14,244 nt of DNA, taken from positions 1 through 14,244 of the forward strand of contig JAYZAY010000057.1 of assembly GCA_036339465.1 (NCBI GenBank), written 5' to 3'. Positions 1 through 8,002 of the stretch are shown here, one piece after another; position 1 is the stretch's first letter, and the number at the start of each line of letters is the position of its first letter. The notes beneath the pieces were generated by a model. It had not been told where the DNA came from. It worked only from the letters and a program-made list of their open reading frames with translations, and did no database searches. The DNA comes from Myxococcota bacterium. GTDB taxonomy: Bacteria > Myxococcota > XYA12-FULL-58-9 > JABJBS01. The translations under genes were made by a program, and so were the position numbers.

Positions 1-74
1 CACACCCGGTTTTCAATTTTGATTCGAAACACAACATTAGCTATAGAGAGCACTGGAACGATTCGGGCCATTTT

Positions 75-839
75 ATGGGGAGTCAAAGAGTGAAATCGTT
101 GTATCTGATATCCGTCACCCTTTTTCTCGCAATCCTTTCCCTTGGGGCGGCCAATTCTCCAACCCCCACCGAACTCCTAGACCGCGTGGACGATCTTTAC
201 CGAGGGAAATCGAGCCAGGGGAAAATGCGTATGAATATCAAGAGCAAGCATTGGGAGCGAAGTCTCACTCTCGAATTTTGGAGCGAGGGCACCAACAAAA
301 GCCTGATGCGTATTGAGTCGCCCAAGAAAGAAAAGGGTACCACCACCCTTATGGTGAACAAAGATGTCTGGAATTTTCTACCCAAAGTGAAGCGGGTCAT
401 TAAGGTGCCTCGGACCATGATGGGGGCATCCTGGATGGGTAGCCATTTCACCAACGACGACTTGGTACGCCAAAGCAGGATGGCCGATGACTACGATGCA
501 AATATCACCTTTCGTGGGAAGCGAAATGGCGCTTCCATCTTTGAAATTACATGCATGGCCAAGAAGGATGCGGCTGTGGTCTGGGGAAAGGTGGTGGTGG
601 AAATGGGGCAAACCGATCGCATCCCCCGCTCGGTGAGATATTTCGATGAAGAACTAAAGTTAACCCGAACCATGCTCTTTAGCGATATTCGCAAAATCGG
701 AACAAAAGAGCTTCCCTTGAAAATTCGAGTCACCGAAGTAGACCGCCCGGGCGAACACACAGAAATGATTTACGATGAATTAAAATTAGATGTTTCCCTG
801 CCACCGGATCTCTTTTCTCTTCGAAGACTCCAACGATAA
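75..839 (+). CDS. Outer membrane lipoprotein-sorting protein (LolA-like family)
   Basis: 254-aa ORF with an N-terminal hydrophobic signal peptide (ISVTLFLAILSLGAA). Family-typical motifs recognised by eye: 'SPKKEKGTTTLM', 'VWNFLPKVKRVIKV', 'SWMGSHFTNDDL' and C-terminal 'LFSLRRLQR'. Confidence 0.85.
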   Translation: MGSQRVKSLYLISVTLFLAILSLGAANSPTPTELLDRVDDLYRGKSSQGKMRMNIKSKHWERSLTLEFWSEGTNKSLMRIESPKKEKGTTTLMVNKDVWNFLPKVKRVIKVPRTMMGASWMGSHFTNDDLVRQSRMADDYDANITFRGKRNGASIFEITCMAKKDAAVVWGKVVVEMGQTDRIPRSVRYFDEELKLTRTMLFSDIRKIGTKELPLKIRVTEVDRPGEHTEMIYDELKLDVSLPPDLFSLRRLQR

Positions 840-847
840 ATTCACCC

Positions 848-2089
848 ATGTCTAGAAATATCCTTTCTCTCATCTATTTCCTTGGGACAACGTTCCTCCT
901 GCTTCCCCAAGAAGCCTTTGCCGATGACGTGAACCTCGGGGGTTCCTTCCGGTTTAGCGACTTTCTGACCGCCACCGGACCGGATAACAAGATAGGACAG
1001 TGGTTAGACGGCCGTCTAAGGCTCACTGCCGACGGCGAATTCGGCGATATCCTAGGGTTTGAAGCCCATTGGGTCAACGGATTTGGTCACTTCTCCAAAA
1101 ACCGCGATAAGCTTACAGCTGCCCAAACCAGCTCGAGCCCCGCCAACCGTCTTTTTATCGACAGCACCGTGGGCCGATATCTCAATGGCAAACCTTGGGC
1201 CGAAAATGAGTCATTCAGCGCCCAAACAGAAATCGATCGCCTCAATGTGAAATGGTACCTTCCATGGATGGATATCACCTTGGGACGCCAAGCTATCACC
1301 CTCGGCACTGCCTATTTCTGGAACCCTCTAGATGTTTTTCAGCCCTTCAGCTCCACCTCCATCGATAGGGATTACAAATCAGGGGTGGATGCACTGCGTA
1401 TTGATGTCCCTATCTCCGATTTTTGGACCTTCACCTCCATTTACGGCCCCGGGTCCACGGGTTCTGTCTCACCCCATCACGCCCATAGCTTGGTTCGAGT
1501 CTACGGCTCCGCAGGGGGGGTCGACATGACCGCCGAGGTCTCCTACGAACGCGAGCACGCACTCCAAGCGGGAGGCAGCATAACCGGGGAAGTTTTCGAC
1601 CTTCAAATTCGCTTTGAGGGACTATGGCAACAGCTTGAATTTGCGCCAGAGACTTCCAAGACTCTTGGGTTTCGCCAATTGCAAGGAGCGACCGTGGTGA
1701 TGGGCGTAGGGCGACAAATCGTCGACACCCTCTCTATTCAAATGGAACATCTCTACACAGGGATTTTAAACGATCTCAATCTCCTTCAAGGCTTCGCCAT
1801 TTTGGCCAATGGGTTCAGTCGCCAAGCCAGCCCCCATGTTACTGCTCTCTTGATAAGCTACCAATTGCATCCCCTCATACAGACCAGTATGGCCACACTC
1901 TTTGCCTGGCAAGACTATTCTGTGCTTTTACAGGGTGGAGTTACCTGGTCTCTTTTCAGTGAAATGGACGTGGTTCTGAGTGGGATTTGGTCTGAAGGTA
2001 AAGCAATGACCGGCGATCTTCCTACCCCCCAAAGTGAGCTTGGAAGTTATCCTAAAATGCTATTTATCCAAGGAAAGATTTACTTTTAG
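848..2089 (+). CDS. Hypothetical exported protein, probable outer-membrane beta-barrel
   Basis: 413-aa ORF starting 8 bp after the LolA-like gene. It has a signal peptide ending in AFA, the segment 'EIDRL...ITLGRQAITLG...FWNPLDVF.PF...IDRDYKSGVDALR', alternating beta-strand patterns and a C-terminal Phe (QGKIYF) typical of BAM substrates. Confidence 0.7.
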   Translation: MSRNILSLIYFLGTTFLLLPQEAFADDVNLGGSFRFSDFLTATGPDNKIGQWLDGRLRLTADGEFGDILGFEAHWVNGFGHFSKNRDKLTAAQTSSSPANRLFIDSTVGRYLNGKPWAENESFSAQTEIDRLNVKWYLPWMDITLGRQAITLGTAYFWNPLDVFQPFSSTSIDRDYKSGVDALRIDVPISDFWTFTSIYGPGSTGSVSPHHAHSLVRVYGSAGGVDMTAEVSYEREHALQAGGSITGEVFDLQIRFEGLWQQLEFAPETSKTLGFRQLQGATVVMGVGRQIVDTLSIQMEHLYTGILNDLNLLQGFAILANGFSRQASPHVTALLISYQLHPLIQTSMATLFAWQDYSVLLQGGVTWSLFSEMDVVLSGIWSEGKAMTGDLPTPQSELGSYPKMLFIQGKIYF

Positions 2090-2310
2090 GAGTCTTTAGG
2101 GGGCATTAGGGTCAAGATAGATTCACCTTGTTAGGGGCCTCAACCGATTTCCAGATCTCCCCAGCTTTTGACGTCACATGAACGGGGAGCAATTTATGGA
2201 AAAGAGCCACCGAAGGATCTCGCGCACGCCGTGGTTCCTCGGGGAAAACATGCCGGAGGTAGAGGATTTGGCCCCAAAAGGCAAAAGACCCATTGGTGGG
2301 ACTTATCTAG

Positions 2311-2386
2311 CCATTATGTCGACTAATGATTGCGTATAAAGTCAAGTATGTGTATAATATCTCCAATATGTCGATAAATGATCGAC
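2311..2386 (+). promoter_or_regulatory. Sigma70-type promoter of the abiE operon flanked by two operator-like repeats
   Basis: -35 TTGCGT (2330-2335), 17-bp spacer, perfect -10 TATAAT (2353-2358). A 20-bp imperfect direct repeat flanks it: ccattatgtcgactaatgat (2311-2330) and ccaatatgtcgataaatgat (2363-2382), 17/20 identical. There is also an inverted repeat gtcgat-aaatg-atcgac at 2370-2386. Confidence 0.6.
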
Positions 2387-2400
2387 CTACTGGATGCATT

Positions 2401-3036
2401 ATGCTTTTGCAGGAACTCCGAAAAATCGCCGATGGGGAAATCATCGACTACCCATTCCTCATGGACCTCCTAGGAGATTATGCATCGCCACGGGATAAAA
2501 TCACCCTACTTTTGAAGCAAGGAAGTTTGGTTCGGGTCAAAAAAGGGCTCTACGTCTTCGGTGAACTCCTAGCCCGAGAACCCTACTCCCAGAAAGTCCT
2601 GGCCAATCTAATTTATGGTCCCTCCTATATTTCTTTAGAATATGCGCTCAGCTACCACGGGCTGATCCCCGAAGGCGTTTCAGAAATCACCAGCGTCACC
2701 CCCAAACGGGATAAGTATTTTGCGACACCGGTGGGAAATTTCTCCTATCGCTATTTACACCGCAAAAAATATGCCATGGGCATCGAACAACACGACGCCC
2801 TAGACAAATACCCCTACCTAATCGCCAGTGCTGAAAAGGCGTTGGTGGATTTGCTCCTTTTGAGAAACCCAAATATAAAAGATCTCGAAGAGATGAACGA
2901 ACATCTCTTTGAAAATCTAAGAATTGACCATGAAGATTTAGCAAACCTAAGTTCCGTCAATATCCGACAAATGAATGATACGATCAAACATTCTCATCTG
3001 CTCTATTTTGCTCAAGCCATCGAAAGTTTATCATGA
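2401..3036 (+). CDS. abiEi: Type IV toxin-antitoxin antitoxin, AbiEi family
   Basis: N-terminal wHTH-like 'LVRVKKGLY', plus 'IYGPSYISLEYALSYHGLIPE' and 'IASAEKALVDLL'. It overlaps the downstream AbiEii gene by ATGA (3033-3036). Start placed at ATG 2401 rather than 2326 because the predicted promoter lies inside 2326-2400. Confidence 0.85.
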   Translation: MLLQELRKIADGEIIDYPFLMDLLGDYASPRDKITLLLKQGSLVRVKKGLYVFGELLAREPYSQKVLANLIYGPSYISLEYALSYHGLIPEGVSEITSVTPKRDKYFATPVGNFSYRYLHRKKYAMGIEQHDALDKYPYLIASAEKALVDLLLLRNPNIKDLEEMNEHLFENLRIDHEDLANLSSVNIRQMNDTIKHSHLLYFAQAIESLS

Positions 3037-3911
3037 ACCCTGCAATTGATAAGATGCTCAGCCGCTATCAGTGCCAAAGCATCAACGATTATGAAAATGC
3101 CCTCAAGGAAATCCTCCAAGAGCTGGCGCTCTTAGGATTATGGCGGGCCAAATTCTTCGAACATGCCGCCTTCTACGGGGGTACCGCCCTCAGGATCCTT
3201 TATGGACTCGACCGGTTTTCTGAGGATTTGGATTTTTCCTTACTCCACCCCAATTCCGAGTTCACTTTGAAAAAATACTTAAGAGCGATGGAAAGCGAAA
3301 TCGAAAGCTTTGGCTTTGGGGTCACCGTGACTCAAAAAGAAAAAAGTATTGATTCGGCTATTCAGTCCGCGTTTATCAAGGGCGATACGCTCAATCAATT
3401 GATGTCTATTGACCTCCCTCAAGCTTTAGGCCGTAAAGTTCATGCGCGACGTGCATTCAAAATCAAGGTGGAAATAGACATCGATCCCCCCATGGGATTT
3501 AAGGTTGAGACAAAGTCCATCCTTCAACCTATCCCCTTTCGTATTCTATGCTTTAAACCCTGCGACCTCTTTGCAGGGAAGGTGCATGCGCTCCTTTGTC
3601 GAGAATGGAAAACCCGTGTGAAAGGCCGGGACTGGTACGACTTTGTGTGGTATTTGGCTCAAAAAACGCCCTTAAGCCTAAAACATTTAAAAGAACGTCT
3701 GGTACAGACCGGGCATTGGAAAAACACCGATGACCTAACGCTTCCGAAGGCCCAGGAATTACTTCTGAATCGGCTCGAAAAAGTCGATCTTGACCGCGCC
3801 AAAGAGGATGTGATCCGTTTTGTAAATCATCCCGAGAGCTTGGAGGTGTGGAGCCCTGACTTTTTTGGGGAACTTATCCGGGATCGGCTCAAGGCCGCAG
3901 AAAATTCCTAA
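3033..3911 (+). CDS. abiEii: Type IV toxin-antitoxin toxin, AbiEii/AbiGii nucleotidyltransferase family
   Basis: Pol-beta-like NTase motifs 'FYGGTALRILYGLDRFSEDLDFS', 'KIKVEID', 'FAGKVHALL' and 'KGRDWYDF'. Translationally coupled to the upstream antitoxin. Confidence 0.9.
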   Translation: MNPAIDKMLSRYQCQSINDYENALKEILQELALLGLWRAKFFEHAAFYGGTALRILYGLDRFSEDLDFSLLHPNSEFTLKKYLRAMESEIESFGFGVTVTQKEKSIDSAIQSAFIKGDTLNQLMSIDLPQALGRKVHARRAFKIKVEIDIDPPMGFKVETKSILQPIPFRILCFKPCDLFAGKVHALLCREWKTRVKGRDWYDFVWYLAQKTPLSLKHLKERLVQTGHWKNTDDLTLPKAQELLLNRLEKVDLDRAKEDVIRFVNHPESLEVWSPDFFGELIRDRLKAAENS

Positions 3912-4418
3912 GGGAAATCGCCCAATCTTTATCTCATTCGCTTTGACGGTTGTGGCTCTTTGCGCTTGTTTTGAGGGGCACCTTACACGCCCAATGGCGA
4001 AAACCGGGGCTCATAGACCTCTAATAGTGGGAGTTTTATGTGGCGGACAAAATATGCCCTGCGGAGGGGTCGACTGCGGGGGTGGAAACCGGCCCTGAGT
4101 TGGGCATGGGCGTGCGTATCATCAGCCTAAAGGAATTGCCCTAGGTTTTACCCAGTGGTGTTTTGGTGGATATCCCGGGAAAGACACAACCCAATGCCAT
4201 GAATTTGAACATCGTTGAATCTTGACGGGTTTCTCTCTATTTGCACCTCCAGTTTGGATTTGCGACATTGTATTCTGGCGACGTGGGACCCGAAGATGAA
4301 GAGGTCATCGGTAAGATACTTCAACGCCTACAGTTGCCAACCAGCCCCTACTCGGAAACCTCCCTCCATTCTTTCAAAGTTTTCAAATTCAAAAAAAATT
4401 GAGGATGAGGTTTATTTA

Positions 4419-4973
4419 TTAAGCTAGGAAGAGATACCTCCGACTGTATCTATCCAAAGCGCCCCGTTTTTTGATCATGGCTTTGAAAAATAGAATTTTA
4501 TTAGAGAGGTGTTTCATCAGATCCTCGTTGACGATATCCATGTTGGGGCGTAACCCAATGACGACCAATATGAATGGCCCTAAATATATTCGCGTTCCCA
4601 GCCCGTCTCTTTGGCACACCGACTGGTCACCGGTTAGGGGAGAAGTTCTAAATTGGCAAAATGAATATTCCATTTTCCAACCTAAGTAGATTCGCGATAG
4701 CGCAGCCAATAGCAAGACAACGATTCCCCAAAAAAACGAACTGCCGTCTTTTTGAGGGATGGCTGTCGAAGTGAAGGGTTTGTTTTACTCAGAAGGTAAG
4801 CTGAGATCCTTCCTCCGTGAACGGGCCCTGTATCGGGTGTGTAAAACCCGGATGCAAAGAGCCGAAAGAGCCCAAAACTGGAGCACCAAAGCGCAATCAC
4901 CTCCTTGAATGATAGCCTCAAATTGGGCCCGAATAGATGAATTTGGCGTGGTTGAAGTGCGCCAACCAAGCGT
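4419..4973 (-). pseudogene. Possible decayed PAP2-family phosphatase remnant (tentative)
   Basis: One minus-strand frame reads ..RYRARS.. (RARS at 4829-4818), ..SLPSE* (4802-4785, in-frame TAA), then 'FFWGIVVLLLAALSRIYLGW'. This loosely echoes PAP2 motifs C1 (KxxxxxxRP), C2 (SFPSGH) and C3 (SRxYLGxH) in the right order, but both catalytic His residues are absent. Confidence 0.25.
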
Positions 4974-5233
4974 CTATTGGATAAATGCGACCTCGCCTCT
5001 TTTCCCGAGTTTCCTCTTTTCGTAAACCTTGAAATCGCGAAAGAGGCTTCGTCGGGAATGATGGTTTCGAGCCTATGGTCTAAGCTCGAATCCCGTTTTA
5101 GAGCCCCTCGAGCCCAGCCGTGAGTGAAGTCGTGATAAATTTGGAATGTTGCAAAAAAAAACTTAGCCAGGAGCGGCCATGGGATAATTTCTAAGAGGGG
5201 CACGGCATGAAAACTGATATTTCTTGAATTAAA

Positions 5234-5260
5234 GCAACTTCGCCTTCAAGGCTCCGATAA
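5234..5260 (+). promoter_or_regulatory. Possible sigma28 (FliA)-like promoter upstream of the 826-aa ORF
   Basis: TCCGATAA at 5253-5260 matches the GCCGATAA -10 consensus at 7/8 and ends 31 nt before ATG 5292. The -35 at canonical spacing (GCAACTTC) is a poor match. Confidence 0.2.
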
Positions 5261-5291
5261 CCTGTGTGAAATCTCCAAAAAGCGCACTTTT

Positions 5292-7772
5292 ATGACTATT
5301 CGACCGGTAAATATCGCATTCACGTCCACCTACTGTGGAAATTCCAGTGGGACGCTGGGTAATGGCACAATGGATCACGCTGAAAAGAGCGGCAGTCGGG
5401 AAAGTCCCCGAACCCTTAAAAGCGTTGTTTCTCTGATAGGCGCAAGGAATAACCAAGAAGTTCTTGAACGACTGTCACCACTTACAGACGCTTTACACCG
5501 AAAACCTTCAATCAAGTCCCCGCCAAAAGTCACCCAATGCCTCCAAAATTCAGTGGAAACCTTGGCCAACGAAATAACAAAGTACCAACAAAATCTCCTC
5601 AAAAAGTTACATCCAAAACCAAATGCCGACGTGAATCCCCATGGTTATCGCAACAATCTCCTAGCTCTGGAGGCTTGCAAGGCAGTTCTCGGTTCAAAAT
5701 CATTGGCCCTCAGTTTTTCCCTCAAACTCAGAACAGAAAAAGGCAATTGTTTAAGCTCCGAAGTTTTAGAGTTTATGGAGTATGTGATTCAAAAAATTCC
5801 GGTTGGACGTGAAAATACCGTGGATTCCAAAACCCGACCAGCCCTTGAAATCGATGCCAGTGGCCTTATGAAATCAGGACTCCAAGGCGAAAAAATGTGG
5901 AACGATGCCACTCAAGGGGGACGGTTTAAGGGGCATTATGCCATTCGAGGCGTGCGTATTGCGACTGAATATCAAACGACCCGTGATTTAATAAACTCAG
6001 ATGGACTTTTTGAATATTGGCGCGGTACCGAATTAAAAAACAATTTGGCCAAAATGAACCAGAGCATCAAAGCACTTCAAAATCTTGACCTTAATCAACT
6101 TTCGAGACTTGGATGTCACTGGGCTTGCGCAATCCTGAAGTCTGATCCCCCACTGGCAAATGCACTTCAAACACATTTCACTCAAAGCCATATCATTTTT
6201 ACCAACGGCGGCGGCGCCGGCCATAAAGTTGCGGCAGGTGTTGTTCGCAATTATCTCGAAAACCGGGATGCGGGCAATCTAACGATCGTCCAACCCCTCG
6301 GCATTATTTACGCCCTCTGGCTATGGGCCGCAAGCAAAACAACTTGGGTACTCACCGATAGCTTGGCTACTCAAGGTGAAATCAATCGAGGCAAAGGCAA
6401 TCACTATTGTCAATCCTTACGTCATATATGTAACTACATCACTAAAAACCCAGGTGGGCCTTCAGTTAAAGCACTTCCAGATACTACGGTCCATTTTTGG
6501 GACCACAATACGGATCTTGGTCTGGAACACCCAGAGTCACGGCATCCCCTATCGATTATCCTCCACCAATTTGCGGCACAAACGAAAGCTAAAACGATTC
6601 CAGAGAAGCAGCAAACTGTCGATAATAACAACCAAACTCAAACCAGTTGGAAGTTCGCAGTACGGCCCACTTTTTGGGAAAAAATAAAAACCTATATTTT
6701 AGGGATTTTTCGACACTCAAGCCACATCGGGCTGGGCTTTAGAAAAGTATCAAGAGACGTGGATGTAACGGTCACAGCTTTAAGTGATGGCCGATTCTCA
6801 ATTGCCACAGAACACCTGCACAAAGATTCCCGCCGACAAATTCTCTGGGCCGGTCGATGTATCGGCGACGCCCCTCATAAAATGAGTGGTAAGGTTGAAG
6901 GCGCAGAAACATTGTTAAACAAGGCGCTTCCGACCATACCCACCGATGAATATTATGAGGCTATCGTCAACGAAGTCGAGCCACAAACCAACTCCAAACG
7001 TTGTCCTCCATGCCTGAGCGATTTGACCCTTGATTTCAAGCAGGCCTATACCCACGAGCCTAGTCGCATCAAAGAAGCAAGAATTTATGATGTTCAAAAA
7101 GCAAAAGGACCCGACCACGAGCTGATCAATTCGGAAATATTGAGCCAAGAAAAGGGTACAATGGTGGCCAAACGAAACCTCTCGGGTGTACAACTACGTG
7201 GAGGAGGCGCCACGATTTCTGAGCAACTTGCCTACAAGAATCGCGACCATGATTTTTTTCGTTCCCTCAAGGAATCGGAGACACAACCTCTTCAGGATAG
7301 AGTCTCGGCAATTCGAACCGTAAACTACGCAAGCATGGGAAGCAGCCCCGGCCATCAACAAGTTATTGATTATATTAGCGACCAAATCCAAGTTGCGACC
7401 GCCCAAGTTTTAGAAAGCGGCTTACCCATAATCCTGAAAGTAGTCCCCTTGGGATTTATGGATAATAAGACAGTGATTCCCATCATAGGACTGATGAGTC
7501 GAAGCGAATTGTCCATTGCCGGATCGGTGGATGAGCACTATGTTTTACCATTATGCGGACGAACTCAAAGTCTTATGGTAGGTGACCACCGTGTGGAGGC
7601 CTTCACACTTAAAATTTCCCCCCCTCACGGTGATAAAAATTGCCCCGAATATACCACACGCTCCCTCACAGGAACCAATGTTAGTCAGGAATCTCTACAG
7701 CGTATTCGTGAAACCTTTTCTACTCTCGTGGGACCAAAACCGGCATCCTTTTGCCTTCCAAGTATTGGATAA
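5292..7772 (+). CDS. Large hypothetical protein with GT-B (GT28/MGDG-synthase/MurG-like) glycosyltransferase motifs in non-canonical order
   Basis: 826 uninterrupted codons. Motifs: IIFTNGGGAGHKVAA (aa301-315), AVRPTF (456-461), LRGGGATISEQLA (635-647), YASMGSSPG (679-687), KVVPLGFMDN (716-725), LMSRSELSI (734-742) and YVLPLCGRTQSL (750-761). The N-terminal ~180 aa is unrecognised and has no signal peptide. Confidence 0.7.
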   Translation: MTIRPVNIAFTSTYCGNSSGTLGNGTMDHAEKSGSRESPRTLKSVVSLIGARNNQEVLERLSPLTDALHRKPSIKSPPKVTQCLQNSVETLANEITKYQQNLLKKLHPKPNADVNPHGYRNNLLALEACKAVLGSKSLALSFSLKLRTEKGNCLSSEVLEFMEYVIQKIPVGRENTVDSKTRPALEIDASGLMKSGLQGEKMWNDATQGGRFKGHYAIRGVRIATEYQTTRDLINSDGLFEYWRGTELKNNLAKMNQSIKALQNLDLNQLSRLGCHWACAILKSDPPLANALQTHFTQSHIIFTNGGGAGHKVAAGVVRNYLENRDAGNLTIVQPLGIIYALWLWAASKTTWVLTDSLATQGEINRGKGNHYCQSLRHICNYITKNPGGPSVKALPDTTVHFWDHNTDLGLEHPESRHPLSIILHQFAAQTKAKTIPEKQQTVDNNNQTQTSWKFAVRPTFWEKIKTYILGIFRHSSHIGLGFRKVSRDVDVTVTALSDGRFSIATEHLHKDSRRQILWAGRCIGDAPHKMSGKVEGAETLLNKALPTIPTDEYYEAIVNEVEPQTNSKRCPPCLSDLTLDFKQAYTHEPSRIKEARIYDVQKAKGPDHELINSEILSQEKGTMVAKRNLSGVQLRGGGATISEQLAYKNRDHDFFRSLKESETQPLQDRVSAIRTVNYASMGSSPGHQQVIDYISDQIQVATAQVLESGLPIILKVVPLGFMDNKTVIPIIGLMSRSELSIAGSVDEHYVLPLCGRTQSLMVGDHRVEAFTLKISPPHGDKNCPEYTTRSLTGTNVSQESLQRIRETFSTLVGPKPASFCLPSIG

Positions 7773-8002
7773 CCTTTAAGTAACCCCCAAGAACGAATGC
7801 GTTCGTGTTTCTGTTTGGCTTGTTTTTTCCTCGGCCTGGAAATCTTAGGGAGATAGTTTTCGCACCAGCGCAACATAGAAATGCGTTGCCTAGGCCCCTA
7901 GAATATCCTGTTACCGATGTCTCTTGGTGGCACCTTGCACCAACCAATAAAGCTATAAACCTATAAACCGAAGTCCCTCTAGGGTTTGGAGTGAGGCAAA
8001 AT

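Noticed and set aside
2216..2257. Plus-strand peptide DLAHAVVPRGKHAG resembling the C-terminal region of IscB-like nucleases
   Set aside because: Only 14 codons, with no RuvC/HNH motifs, omega-RNA or IS ends nearby. Chance resemblance cannot be excluded.
2326..2400. Longer N-terminus of the antitoxin given by the ORF track
   Set aside because: It overlaps the predicted -35/-10 and operator repeats, so ATG 2401 is the more plausible start.
4028..4402. Plus-strand frame of ~125 codons with in-frame TAG (4142) and TGA (4223), considered as recoding or a pseudogene
   Set aside because: No recognisable family or SECIS-like evidence, and intact genes in the window end in TAA, TAG and TGA as normal stops.
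4682..5203. 173-aa minus-strand ORF
   Set aside because: No recognisable motif and atypical composition, in an apparently decayed region.
5761..7414. 10-bp in-frame repeats inside the large ORF (aagttttaga at 5761 and 7405; aaagcacttc at 6069 and 6468) as possible rearrangement pointers
   Set aside because: A few matches of this length are expected in 2.5 kb of coding DNA, and they do not pair up the inferred junctions.
7953..7968. Tandem ctataaac x2
   Set aside because: Too short to carry meaning, with no array structure.
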